NCBI RefSeq assembly: GCF_964355755.1
Contig: NC_092680.1
Span: 18,175,045-18,239,044, forward strand
Direction of reading: 5' to 3'
Source of the DNA: Antedon mediterranea
Lineage: Eukaryota; Animalia; Echinodermata
DNA: 64,000 nucleotides
A program made the position numbers and the translations under genes. The notes beneath the pieces were generated by a model, which saw only the letters and a program-made list of their open reading frames with translations, did no database searches and was not told the origin of the DNA. Of this stretch, positions 10,973 through 24,165 are shown in pieces (position 1 is the first letter of the stretch; every line of letters starts with the position of its first letter).

Positions 10973-11670
10973 GAAGTAATTCACAGGGTGCTAATTTTAG
11001 TTGACTACATAAATCATCGTGTCTATTTAGTCGTTTCTGTAAACAACAATGTATTATAGTCCTGTGGTACGTAAATTTAAAAAAAAAACGCTGAAATTAC
11101 TGTGTATTCGAGAACCATCTGTGTGCACGACCTAGATGTTATGCGAGCGAAGCGATCCTCCTTAGGACAATTCTTCTTATGCCCACCAAGATTAAGGTAG
11201 ATTATACATTACTGTTAATAAATTAATATTATTTAACGTACTCACAGATTAAATCTTCTTCCTTTTATTGAATTGAACTCTATCCCACAAAAGTTAATTA
11301 TGTTAAATATTGTTGAAATAAATTAATAAATAAATATAAATGTTATAACTATTATCTTCAAAATGGAAAGATGTATAGGTGTGGTAAAAGGAACGGGTAT
11401 CATTGAGAAACCAACAGGACAAGCATTTATAATATGCATGGAAAATTAGCTCTCTCCTCCACAACAAAATGTGATGTGCCCATATACGGACATGACGATG
11501 TCATGTTACTACCATATTTGTCCATATCACTACCATATTTGGGGAACAACACACCTTTTTTATCAAACTGTTTGATAGTGTAAACAGAGCTTTATGATGT
11601 TGCATTAATATATGAAAACTATCTGTACTGGACAGATGACGATAAAATGACTGGAATACATCAATGCAGA
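10973..11670 (+). pseudogene. Decayed inverted paralog of the YWTD gene (copy B), interrupted by a MITE
   Basis: tttcag acceptor then VDYINHRVYL; TICVHDLD; GKMY at 11363; YDVALIYENYLYWTDDDKMTGIHQ at 11593-11665. Confidence 0.8.
11449..11591. mobile_element. MITE family A (TIR AGCTCTGTCTACACTATCAAACT)
   Basis: Shares internal CATATCACTACCATATTTGGG and right TIR with about 11 other copies; inserted in the pseudo-exon. Confidence 0.8.
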
Positions 11671-11765
11671 AGCGGCTTATAATACTAGGCCTCGGCCTAT
11701 AGCTCTTTCACACGTAACATTATAAAGTATTATAAAGCTTAATATAATATATTATATTAGTATAA

Positions 11766-11770
<5 letters not shown>

Positions 11771-11856
<86 letters not shown>
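11771..11856. repeat. (TA)n microsatellite
   Basis: About 85 bp of TA; shorter tracts at 31345-31369 and 41186-41234. Confidence 0.98.
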
Positions 11857-11859
<3 letters not shown>

Positions 11860-12985
11860 CCAAAGACAAATAACTGAAAAAATGACAATCCTGTGGCTGG
11901 ATCTCATGGAGATACAAAAAAATGTGAAAAGCTAAATCAAAACGATAAAGTAGGCCTAAAAACAGCCAGAAAAGTTAGCAGAGTTTTCAGGCAACACTAG
12001 CCCTTCATCATATATAATTTCTTTGTGGTAAATTATGATTTAATAATTATAAAACCAAGGACGCTTTATTTTACTGATATTATTAAAATCAAATTCAAAC
12101 TGATATAATTTATTCAAAACTTTAGATAAAACTTCATAAAAGTCTATTTTCAATAAGCTTTCGCATTGAACGTCATTGCACAATGCATGATGGGAAGGGT
12201 TTAGGAGCAAGCGCCACCTTTTAATAAAAACGTTATATCTGGTGGTGGCGCTATTGCTTCCAATCACGCTATTTGCGATAAACCCATAGAATTGTAATAA
12301 GTTTCGGGTATTGTAATATCATTGGATAAATCTTGTCTTTATTTACCACATCGTTTTTATTTTTTCAGTTGTTGGATATTGCTTGTGCTTTGCCATAACT
12401 CATTCGTCATTTTAGAAAACAATATTCAAGAAAAAGTTATTCGTTTGGTTAATTAATGATGATACGTAACAAAAATGTTTCTAAAATTTGTCTTTTTTTA
12501 TCAAAGTAAGACCTTTTCAAGATAAGGTTTCGATGTTATTTTGTTTTATTTTGTATGTATTTTGTTCTAGTAAATTAAACTAATTGTCCATAGTGCAATT
12601 TTTAATAATATTTTAAAAATATGCATATGCATACATTCAAGTCTACAGAAAGTGGTTTGTACACAACGAAGGAACTTATAGCCCTACTGTAGTTCAATTA
12701 TGTTGTAATTAAACATAGTAAATTAATAGTTTGGGCCACCGACTCAACCAGCCCGATTACACGTTCGATGAACTTTAGTTGTAGTATATTATGAGAAACA
12801 GTTAAGGGTATCCACCACCCTAAAGCCACTTGGGCCGTATATTATGCTGGTGCTTTTAAAAAAATCTTACATTAGCGCTCTCTATAATTACCGTACCTTT
12901 AGTCTTTAGAAGTATGGATACGGTACCGAAGAAAGCTAACACAATGCTAATGCGGTACTCTATTGTCTTTTATTGACTTCTGACA

Positions 12986-13198
12986 AAACAAGGCCAACAG
13001 CCATTAAGTCGCGTGCTACAATGCATAGTGATACCGACCGACAGACAGACCGACAGACCGACAGACCGACCAGCCATTAATATAAACCAACAAACTATAA
13101 ACATAGTGAACTATAGAGTCGCGTCCACACGACTAAAAATATAAACCAACAAACTATAAACATAGTGAACTATAGAGTCGCGTCCACACGACTAAAAA
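12986..13198. mobile_element. Helentron/DINE-1-like element with tandemly duplicated ~59-bp end
   Basis: Same family as 8484-8610; catagtgaactatagagtcgcgtccacacgactaaaaa occurs twice. Confidence 0.65.
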
Positions 13199-14693
13199 TA
13201 TAACCCAGCAAACTATAAACCAGTTACATAGTAGCCTGCCACAGTCAGGCATATGTAAGGGCTAAGCTTATACAATGCTCTATTAAGACATACTGTAAGC
13301 TTAAAGCTTTAGACTATTATACCACCACGGAATAATAATCCATGTCCCTGCTTCATATCTTATATACAGTAGTCTAGAATATATGCATAATTAAATTAGT
13401 GTAGGCCTAGTATAGTATAGTACAATCTTAACATAAAGTATAGCTTACCAAGGTTGTGTCTACTTAGAAAAGCTTTCTTCCTTCAATATACAGCATAGCC
13501 TACTATCAACAAAAGGCCAACACACCTGGCTGAACATATGCAAATAAACACAATAAAAGCGAAACAAGTGGCGTACTAATTAAATACAGATATAGTAGGC
13601 CTATATGTAGCCTATAGTATGTCAACCGAAAGGTTTGAACTTCACAAAATTAAATATTTTGAACAATTTTGTCTCCAACACAATGTTTTTTTTTCTCTTG
13701 TACTTTAAACATGATTTGTCAATATTGTGCAAAGAAACCAGAACAAGGAAGTGGAATCATTTTATTTTTATTACTTTTGGCTCTATACTACTACTACTAC
13801 TGCAGTAATACCAGAAATACTGTACTGTTTATTGTATATTAATTATTTCGGATAATTATAAAAAAAAAAAAACTTTTTTTAAACGTTTCTTATAAAAAAT
13901 GTCGGTGCAAGTAGGCCTCCATATTGTAACTTCATTTTGAACACTTTTAGAAATCCACGTAAGAAGATTGACCCATTGGCAAGTCCACATTTTGAATAAC
14001 CTTCTCAGGATCTATGGAATTAGGTAGTACACTTACTGAATGTAAACCTTCACTATCATCTGTGTTCCGCTACCCCAATAAATATACGAAATACCCTAGA
14101 AGGCAGTGTTTTAAATCAATGTGTAATGCAATAGTGTGAATATTCAACCAAACGTACTAGAACATGTAAAGAAATAATAATAATCTCCTGTTCAAAAATC
14201 ATTTTAAACACTCATTTTTTAGCGAATTTCAGGATACAATGCGCCTCCTCTTTTTATCTTTTTTTTTAAATTGGTGCAATATAGATGTTAGATTATTACA
14301 GTGTGAGCAATAAAACAATAACATTAATCAAACGAACAGTAATTCTAAGAAAAAAATGTTTATGACCTGCCCCAATTTTTTTCAGAATTTGTTCTGTATA
14401 TATATATATATACTGTATATGGCTCTCTGGGAATGAAATTAGTAGAGCCCCCTCTATTGTTTCATGATGATGGGCAAACATAATAGGAAGTACCCCATCT
14501 ATAATTATAAGAACAGAACAACGATAGAATAATATGCTTAATATTATTCGTAGCAAGACAACATGTTGTCTTTACCTTCCCTACCAGACGATAGTAGGAT
14601 GTAGGCCAAACAACAGACAATTCATTTAAACCATGGATTTATTGAGTAGTTAGTGTGAAACTAGATAAAATGACTGAAATAATCACGAACTAA

Positions 14694-14830
14694 AGCTCTG
14701 TCTACACTATCAAGTGTTATGCGACAACAAATGTGATGTGCCCATATATGGACATGATGATGTAATCTCACTACAATCTTTGGGCACATCACACTTTTTT
14801 GTCAAACTATTTTGATAGTGTACACATAAA
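14694..14830. mobile_element. MITE family A
   Basis: Left TIR agctctgtctacactatcaa, degenerate right TIR. Confidence 0.8.
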
Positions 14831-15479
14831 GTGAATTGAATTCCTAGTATATGTTGGTGCGTAAAATACACTAAATTTGCGTAGCCAGTCCCATATTCAC
14901 ACAAACACCATCAATTTAACTACAAAGGTATCCTTTACCTTACGTCAGATTCTCTGTGTTCTTTGTTACTTAACAATGATTCTTATTAAATTCAATTCAA
15001 TTTCAGTATTTCAAAAATATTTCATCCATTTCAAAAACCCCCAGTACAAAAAGAAAAAGGTCGTAGAAAAACTCTATGAAGAGCTTAATATAAACTACTT
15101 CTCAATTCAATACATTTTGGAGTCAAGGGTCATATATATTTACAAACACAGGGAAGAAAGATATTACTATACAACATACATAACATAATAAATAATGTAA
15201 TATATCACATAAATAATAATTAATCTTTTTTTTTCATTTGATGTTTTGAAATATTAAATTATTATAGAAAATAAAAATATTCATATTTCAAAATTTAATT
15301 TATCTATACTTATAATTTTTTATCGCTGTAAGTCTACTTCAATGAAGTTCATTCATCCATTCATTCATCATTCTTCTTTTTATTTCGGAATATCATGTTG
15401 ACATAATATTATATCCATAGCAAAAGAGAGAAAACAAAATCTTAATCTAACAGCTCATAGAACAAAAACAAAGATATGT

Positions 15480-15810
15480 AAATATATAAAGTCAATGCAA
15501 CAAAGCATTCCATTGTATGTGCATTCTTGACACATTAAGAACGTGGCGATTAATGGCCATGATCAAGGAATTACTACTTGCGTTCACACGATTTTTAAAA
15601 CTAAAAACAGATTTTCTAATAAACTCATCAAAGGATGGGACGTCATTTAAGACAAACATCATGCTTGCACTACAATGTCTAGGCTGCTTCAGCAGCAAAC
15701 GTAAGGCATTGTTATAACATACTTTCAGTGATCTCAAAGTGCTCTTAGTATAATTATCTACACCATAAGGTTGAACAGTATACATGCTGACACAGTAACT
15801 CTTAAATAGA
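15480..15810 (-). mobile_element. Non-LTR retrotransposon ORF2 C-terminal fragment
   Basis: LKVCYNNALRLLLKQPRHCSASMMFV...FKNRVNASSNSLI resembles LINE C-termini; no splice context. Confidence 0.75.
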
Positions 15811-16142
15811 TAACAATAATATCAAAATATAATAATAATAAAACACAACAGTTCATTGGGACGAGTATTGGCTGAATGTATACAAATAATTTCCAATTAA
15901 TTGATAATTTCATAAATAATAATAATAATAAATGTTACATGCATACCGGTATTGCAATCATATGCATTTTTGACTGTTATAAATATACCTACATTTGTTC
16001 AATAAATAGTACATTGGTACACCTACAAACAAGTCATTCGTTGAATCTTCATGTCAAACGATTTACTGTTCTATTCAACGAGGCTAATGAATGAAAATAT
16101 GAGTATTCTACCACCTTCAACGAATTACATTCATTATCTTAA

Positions 16143-16691
16143 AGATATATTGTCCCTTTGTCAAATTCCAAAAAAATAAAAATAAAAAGATTTCGAAAAA
16201 AAGTGGGTCATTTTGAAGTATCATAATAGTTATTAACTTTCACCAAAAATGAGTCGAGAAAAAAATATAATATAACTGAAATACAGACGTTTTTTGGTTC
16301 AAAAAATAACTTTGACTTCCAGTCAAAGTTTTCAATCAAAACATATCTCATAACGCAATGCGCTTATTTGGCTACTCTGTATGCATAATCATAAAACTTC
16401 CTAGCGATCTGTGTGAAAACACCCTCTCAACAGTGACGAGTTGTAAACAATCCTAATTAGCATCATGCATAATGTATACTCATGGTTTGAAATCTTTGTT
16501 TACTTTCGCTCGCGACTATTTTCCAGACGAAATGTAATCAAAATAATTTAGCTGTTAATTACGTAAAATTGTTGTTTTTGGCTCAAATTTTCAACTTAAA
16601 GTGAATAACTTTAATATTACTTTGATATGGCCAATTAAAATTTAGTATATTTTGACCTTCATTTTTTTGTGTTTCAAGGGACAATACATCT
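16143..16691. mobile_element. MITE family C, Kolobok-like (AG...CT ends, TTAA TSD)
   Basis: TTAA|agatatattgtccct...agggacaatacatct|TTAA. Confidence 0.8.
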
Positions 16692-16788
16692 TTAAAACAC
16701 AATGAACAAGTCGATGCTCGTAAGTACTTTTAAGTACTATAAATGTTATAGCTATACAATTATTATAAAGTGTTGCATCTCACCATTA

Positions 16789-16935
16789 AGCCTTTTCTAC
16801 ACTATCACACTTTATGTGATAAAAAAATGTTGTCATACATGCCATATATGGACATGGTGATGTCATATCACTACCATAATTGGTCATCTCACTACCAAAT
16901 TTGGGTACATCAAAACTAGTTTGATAGTGTAAACG
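16789..16935. mobile_element. MITE family A (degenerate)
   Basis: ctacactatcacactttatgtga...aaactagtttgatagtgtaaac. Confidence 0.75.
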
Positions 16936-17746
16936 CAATAATTTGACCAATCACCGCACGATAAATCATCTATCGCGTAAAGCCTAAACTACTACTGTGG
17001 ACGCAATTACAATTCTTAAACGTTGATAATAATCAACGAGCTTTTGTACGCGCGCGTATACATTTTGTCACTTGTATGTGAACCATATAATTCGTTCATT
17101 AAGCACCTTAGCCTTGATCATACTCGTTATTACATAAACACTCCAGACAATATTTATTCAAACAAATTTGAACAATCTCTCACGTGTGTTATAGTACAAT
17201 TGGCCATTAATTTAACAATTACTTATCACAATACTATATTTTTATCCTAAATAATGTACCTAGGTCCTCTGAACTTTAGCTTTATATAAGTAAAGGACTT
17301 GTGTTGTTTTTCGTTTGATTGCACGAACATTTTTCCTATATAAGCTGACTTTAACACAGTTGATTAGCCTGACACAAGAGCGCTACCCTTCTCTTCGAAG
17401 ACCTCAGGCCCTCAAAACAAACAACCACGCTTCTGTAACCCAGTCGGTTGTTTGTCGTAATTGAGGCCTACAGTTGGTGATGTACAGTAAACAGAAATAA
17501 GCCTGGTCAAATCGTGGGAACCAGTTGCGGTTGTAGAAGTCAGGGCGGCGGTAAATACGTCTTTTGTCCCTGTGCATCGTGGGTGCTAACAAGAGCGTGC
17601 TGCCTTAAAAGTACACACGAACCCAAAGTTATTTTGCTTTCTAAGGATAGTTATATAGTCCTGACCATATTCGTGCTGACATAAATAAGATTACATACTT
17701 TCCATAGGAATGAATCCCATTGAAATTATAATTGTTTTTCATTTTA

Positions 17747-17880
17747 AGCTATGTCTACACTATCAAGACAAAACAAGTGTGATATGCCTAAATATGGTAT
17801 AGTGATATGACATCATCATGTCTATAATATGGGCACATCGCATTTTTTGTCACATAAAGTTTGATAGTGTAGACAGAGCT
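17747..17880. mobile_element. MITE family A, full length, TTA direct repeat (Harbinger/Tourist-like)
   Basis: TTA|agctatgtctacactatc...gatagtgtagacagagct|TTA. Confidence 0.88.
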
Positions 17881-19989
17881 TTACTTATAATTTATTAATC
17901 CTATGTATTTGCATTTTTCATTGTCTTTATTGCATCCCACATAAAAATACTAAAACATCACAACCTCCTCTGCGCACATAACAACTGCCACCTTTTCTAT
18001 CAACCAAAGATATATTATGGAATTGTCTACTGAGTAGGTCTATTATACTTTGTTTGTATTTTGCAAGGTTTAATTGTTGTATCTCCTCTACAAAAGTTGA
18101 GAATTCGTAAACCACATTGTATCAATCATTTCATGTCCACCTTTTCATGAACACTTCTAGAAAATCAGGCGGTGCTAAGCATTTTTTTAAATGGTAAAGC
18201 TTAAAAGTGTACAGCGAAAAATAAACGAAATTTTATTATCGTTTTATCCCCGTTGCTACTATACTGATGTGTAGGCCTACATAGTGATATTATACAATAA
18301 AAATTGTGTGACTATACTAGCATAAACTAAATTGTAGGCCTATAGATTTAATTGTTTTATAACTTTCATAAAAATTGTGCTTTACATTCCGTGAACATGA
18401 AATCAGTATCGTTATTTTTGTACTCGAGAATTGACAGACGCACTTGTATTATGTTTGTATAGTATTGCCCTACGTTATGAGTGCAGTACTGCATATTAGG
18501 TGTTTTAATAAGTAGGCCTGATGTAGGCCTACTCTAGTAAACTATAGCATAACCCCCTTTTTCACGTGAAAAGTACTCTTTATCGTAAATGATTGTTATC
18601 GCGACAGAATGTTGATGAACAGAAGGCCTGCGTGTGGCAAGTATTTATACAAAAACATGTGAATCCGTGCAAAGTGCAGCTACTCAAAATAATAAACTCA
18701 TAGATAAGCTTGTTTACTCTATCGTTTATCTTATGTGAAGCATAATTCTATTTCACCTCTAAAAAGTACAAGTCACAGATTTAAAAAGTTTAATATCCTC
18801 GTATTACGCTGACTTCTTCAGTGTAAATGGTTTAGGACGCACAGAAGGGCGTGTATGGGAACTTCTTAATTAGCATTTGCAGTGGCAGTAGCCTTGGGAA
18901 TCAATTAAAGTCTTGTAGTTTTCTGATAAGTTCAACCAATCAAATTTTATTTCATGGTTAATCATTCATAATTAATATACTCTAACTCATTCACGATATT
19001 AATTAATAATGCCGATAATTATTGTTGATAATATACCAACCATAATGATAATAATAATTCCCCAGATCGCCTGATGTAATAATAAAATACCCATAGTAGG
19101 AGGCCTAAAAAACGTTATTATAGATAGCTTAGAGCTGTATCTTGGGGGTTTACTTCCAACAATCACAAGGTGCAGCATTCAATATTGACCAGTGCTGTAA
19201 CTGCCAGGCCTTAACTCAAAAGAGAATTTAGTTTAGGAGCATGATCATCTAAGTGTATTCATCCTGTAATTGTCGAGTTACTGTTAAAATACATACATTT
19301 ATGATTGGTTCCAAATAGAACGCAGCGCAATCACGTAAGCGCATTAACGCATGCTATTTGATCAATCACAAGGATTATTAGAACTGTCGTTCCATTGGTC
19401 AACTCGCTTGTCGCGTGTGATTATATAGAAGATGCAATAGACTCACCGCATTCATGCAATATCACGTCATATTGATTATCCATTACAGGTTCATTATTTA
19501 GTTCGTAAACTGTTTTTTTTAATCTGATGTTGCCGTATATAAACTATTTAGCTCATTATTTGTCAATCTTGACTTATCGTATGGTTTCTTTCAGAAACAT
19601 TCATAACATCTGTTTCATATAACACACTTTCTCTCAGCTCATTTTTCTCCCCGGATTAATTGTAGAAACGTTCTTGTTTACAGATGAGTTGTTGCCAATG
19701 TTAGAATTTCTTGTCGTCATCATCATCAGCAGCAGCAGCAGCAGGAGAATTTCTTGTTGTTATCCAACTGCACAGGCCTACACTACCCACAGTCCAATGG
19801 CGCAGGTGTCTGCTAGCGACCTCCCGTGTCCTTAAAGGAGGAGAAGGAAATGAGTGAGGCCATAAGCAAAAACAAGGTCTGGTAATTTTAGGAAATGTGG
19901 CTTGCTGTACAAAATGAAAATCATTTACTTAACATTTACTGTACATCTAATACGAGTTTGTTTCCTTCTTACAAACATGGTCGATCCAC

Positions 19990-20110
19990 CAAGATTGGAA
20001 AGGGTCAACGATGGGAAGGGTCAAAGATTGGAAAGGATCAAAGATGGGAATGGTCAAAGATTGAGAAGGGTCAAAGATTCGGAAGGATCAAAGATTCGGA
20101 AGGATCGGAT
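19990..20110. repeat. ~16-17 bp tandem repeat (GGAAGGGTCAAAGATT)n
   Basis: About 7 degenerate units; accounts for ORFs 19895 and 19902. Confidence 0.85.
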
Positions 20111-21581
20111 GAGACACACAAAAACACACAGCAGCACAACAAAACGAGTCATTAATTCAAAATTTGAGTTTTATTGTTTACAAATTTAAAGTAAATAATC
20201 TGGAAAACCTCTCTTGAATATAAGTAAATATAATTATATGAATCTTAATAACTTTCCCTTCTCCACTTACACCGTTTATTAAATTATTTATACAGCTTCA
20301 AAATTAATAATTTTTATGAACATAACATTGCAATAAAATTCATAATATTATTGTGTTATAACTTACTATTTTACTTATTTTACATTACTGCATAGTTCAA
20401 CGCTTCTTAACTAACACGTGATTTGTCCAGGGATGAGCAATATATAAAACAATTTGGAGCTATTAAAGGTTTATGATTGGTGGATATGGTGGATAATGTT
20501 ATTGGCAGTGAAACAGTATCGTAATCAATATGATTTTTCATATTATATGCAAATATTCACTAGTTTTCCAAAACAATGCCTTTTCTTTCCGTTTTATTTA
20601 ATTAAAATCTGACAGAAATGACTTGTAAATGTAGCGTGTGACGTAGGCCTACATGGAGTAAAATGTGGAGAAGACTAATTCTTATTTCTTCTCACTTTCT
20701 TATTTAGTTTGATACATTTTACACAGAAATAGTTGCGATGAGCGAAATGTACAAAATAGTTTCATATAGTTTAACGAATGACGTCATTACGTGACGTTTA
20801 CTAAAAACTTTGGCTAAATTTGCATTCTATTAGATTATTATTCGATATCACACACTTTTTAATTATATACTGTAACACACGTAAAAAAACCGCACCTAGC
20901 AGTAATTTTAATTTAATTTATATTATATAAATTGGTCCGCACTCATAGTATAGTCTTTTAATGCCTTAACAAATACCTGATTGGAAAAGTGTGTTATTTT
21001 ACTCTACGGTGCAACACTTAGGCCTACATTATCAAGAAGGACTAACCAATTCATAAATTAATTTTAATTTAATATATCATTTTGATACAGTGTTTGCTTT
21101 ATGACGTCACAAATGCGTAATTAAAACATTCAGAATGTAGCAGATTCTCCCGGCACTGTATCTGAATCTTTCCAGTATTCCGTGATGATACCACGTGACG
21201 TCTGTTTCATATACTACTCTTAACCGTCCATAATGTTACAAGTGATACACATGAAATCCAGAACATTTTGCACAGACGATGGTAACAGTATTTATTGAAT
21301 AGTTAAAATTGTTTTCAGTTTGTTATTAAGGATATATAATATGGATTCATGTGATGTTATGATAACGTCGAGAAATATTTATGGAAAGCACGTGGTCGAA
21401 CCATCATTTGAAAAGCGCGCCATTTGTGTGGTTGCAACCCAGATTACCTTGCATTCGTGAACAAATACGTTAAAATAATATACAGGTAGATAGAATATAA
21501 ATATAGTTATAAGTCCTGAATCATATAATGTTATTATGTTCTTTTCCTGCAAGTTTTTCTTTCTTCATCTAATATAACTCT

Positions 21582-21841
21582 CTATACATTAACATTTTCA
21601 ACATTACGTGGTTCTAGCCACACTTTGAAAGGCATCGGTGAAAGGACCATGTCAGGAATAGGCTCTAAGCTAGGCTGAGGAAAGCCGGGTGGATTTCGAA
21701 TGTTGAACCTCTGCAGGATGCCTCCTAACACCATAAACAGTTCCATCTTGGCTAGTATTGAGCCTAAGCACTGCCGTCGCCCGATTGAAAATGGAAGGAA
21801 TGCCTTTGGGAAAAACACTCGCCCGTCTCGTATGAAGCGTT
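21582..21841 (-). CDS. Cytochrome P450, exon 5 (PERF, heme-binding Cys, stop)
   Basis: (P)ERF...[13 protein letters not shown] fits FxxGxRxCxG; exon lengths sum to 1506 nt = 501 aa + stop. Confidence 0.96.
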
Positions 21842-22051
21842 CTGTAAGATAACAAAAACACAATATTTAATATTTAAATTTTCAAATATCACAATATAAT
21901 ACAGTTTGGTAGGCCTATAATGTATGTTGTCTTTGGTGTAAGTTCTGTTAACATGGGAAAATAAATCGTGACTGATTGAAGTATGAAACGAAGGGCGTCT
22001 CCACAAATTATCTCCTTATTCAAATTCAAATTAGTAACTCTATGCACTTAC

Positions 22052-22155
22052 CTGGTTTAAATTCATTAGGCTCATCCCAGTATTTAGGATCATGATGGGC
22101 CCACCAGATATTGCAGAAAACTATTGTATCTTTAGGTATATCATAACCTTCTAGC
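22052..22155 (-). CDS. Cytochrome P450, exon 4
   Basis: LEGYDIPKDTIVFCNIWWAHHDPKYWDEPNEFKP; ttcag acceptor, gtaagt donor. Confidence 0.95.
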
Positions 22156-22506
22156 CTGAAAAATGAAACAAAATATAAAATCGGTATTGTTTTGTCCATA
22201 GGCCTATAACTATATATAAGAATCATTAAGCTATTAATCATTATCTTCACTATTAGTCGTCATCGTACTGTGATGGCACTAGTTATACTCCGTTATGCAT
22301 GATTAATTAAATTCATGAAGTATTATGCATATACGGTATAAACACGAAGATTAGTACTCGTGGTTCATTGCGGGAGGAGAGACAACGTGTTGTACATAGT
22401 ACGAATGAATTTAGCTGATTCTGATTGTCATTATTTTTTACTTGTTGTAAGAATATTATTGACCAAAATCATAGTATAATTAACACCATCATTCAGGATT
22501 CCTTAC

Positions 22507-22673
22507 GTTGTATTGTTAACTGCTCTCCGTGGACCTCCAAGTGACGTAAACGAGCTTTCTCGCAGCGTCTCCATCACGGCTCCTTCCAAATAAGGCAGAT
22601 TCAAATGATCCTTCCATGTAGGTAATCTGTTACCAATAACCTTTTCCATTTCATCTTGAATTTTACGTTGAAC
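22507..22673 (-). CDS. Cytochrome P450, exon 3 (K-helix ExxR)
   Basis: Not in the ORF track; VQRKIQDEMEKVIGNRLPTWKDHLNLPYLEGAVMETLRESSFTSLGGPRRAVNNT; tag acceptor, gtaagg donor. Confidence 0.95.
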
Positions 22674-23071
22674 CTAGAAAAACAGTAATTGTTTAATTAG
22701 TAATTTATTAGGGATGGGCGTTTCCCGCCTTTGCACTTATGACGACATCAAGGATGGGCGAGTTGAAATGATTTGACATTCGTTGTGGTTAAATGTCATT
22801 TCCTTCTAAATATTACAATATAACCTTAAAACAATTTAATAATCTAAATTTAATTGAATGAACAATATTCAACTATTTAGGGGACCTGAAAGATTTATTG
22901 TATATTCGATTATTAATTAATTACTCGGGAGTTAAAGATGAACTAGAGTTAAGAATAAACAGGTCTGTAAATTCAACAAATAATATTTTGTGAGCAATTT
23001 AAATCTTTTTTCGTCAGTACACTAAGATAATAATATAATTATGTATAGGCATATGTATAAAATAAACTTAC

Positions 23072-23368
23072 CTCCGGGTATGTAATCATATACAGTATTG
23101 CCCAATTAAGTGTCGTAAACGTAGACTCGTGACCACCGGTAAAGAATTCCCACATTGCCATTATCACGTGATCTTCCGTTATTCCATTGCCGTCTTTATT
23201 GCCGTTTTCGTCTTTGCTGTCCATCATAGCGGCAAGGTACGCGTCCGTAAGGTCACGCACATTGTCGGGGTCAAACGTTGATAAATGTTCTTCGTATTTA
23301 CGTTGTAGAATTGTGTCACGTGTTTTGATAATCTCATGAACAAGTTTTAGTTTTTTACTTGGAAAAAT
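23072..23368 (-). CDS. Cytochrome P450, exon 2 (I-helix)
   Basis: tttacag acceptor; IFPSKKL...VRDLTDAYL...EFFTGGHESTFTTLNWAILYMITYPE; gtaagt donor. Confidence 0.95.
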
Positions 23369-23847
23369 CTGTAAATGAACACAGCATTGGCTTGGATTAA
23401 TAACAACTAATATTTAAATAAAAGTAATAATTAAATAATGTTAAATAAAATCAAGTTAAAAATAACAGTTGTGGTGATGATACGAGTACGCAGCAATAAC
23501 ATTTATAACATTTAATGTTTTCGTAAGAAACAATAGTATAAATATGTTACTTTTTAACACAAGGATGTGAACAGCTATTGAAGTGAACGTCCTTTGGCGC
23601 CCTCTGACGGACAAAAAGTTTCGAAACTTTTGAATGCCAAGTCTTATTCGTTGTTTCGCGAAAGAACTGACGTTTGTCTTATCAACACAACACTAACTAT
23701 ACAAAAAAGTCTATATTACATGATAGTAACAGTTTAAACATTATCCAAATGACCATTATAAGGAATCATTTTGTAATCATTTTGTATTTATTCATTCTTT
23801 CATATATATTCATTCACTAGCATTAGTCTTCGTATTAACATTTTTAA

Positions 23848-24165
23848 AGATATATTTTCCCTTCAAAAATAGTTTCAAACATTTGTTGTTTTTTTTTAAA
23901 TATGCTATTTAATGTCGCATAATAGTTTGATCGAAAATTACATCGAAAAAAAAATTGTAGCCCCTGTAATTTGAAGCAACAAATAAAATTGTCTGTCAGT
24001 TAATGTGAATTTGGTTACATTTAACAGTTTCTTTTGCGAAATAAGTATTATTTGTTTTTTATACGGAAGTGAACTGCTTTATTAAAACTGTAGTATGGCC
24101 TTACTAAAAATCTGTTTTGTTAAACTTTTGAACATTTATCACATTTTTTGGGGAACAATTCATCT
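23848..24165. mobile_element. MITE family C (Kolobok-like)
   Basis: TTAA|agatatattttccc...gggaacaattcatct|TTAA. Confidence 0.7.

Larger units (their letters stand above)
9817..12015. repeat. Segmental tandem duplication, copy B
   Basis: Same blocks as copy A, lacking the LINE at 7432-8266 and the Helentron-type element at 8484-8610. Confidence 0.9.

Noticed and set aside
11720-11917. ORF with (YI)n
   Set aside because: Translation of the (TA)n microsatellite
19895-20189. Two charged, repetitive ORFs
   Set aside because: Arise from a 16-17 bp tandem repeat
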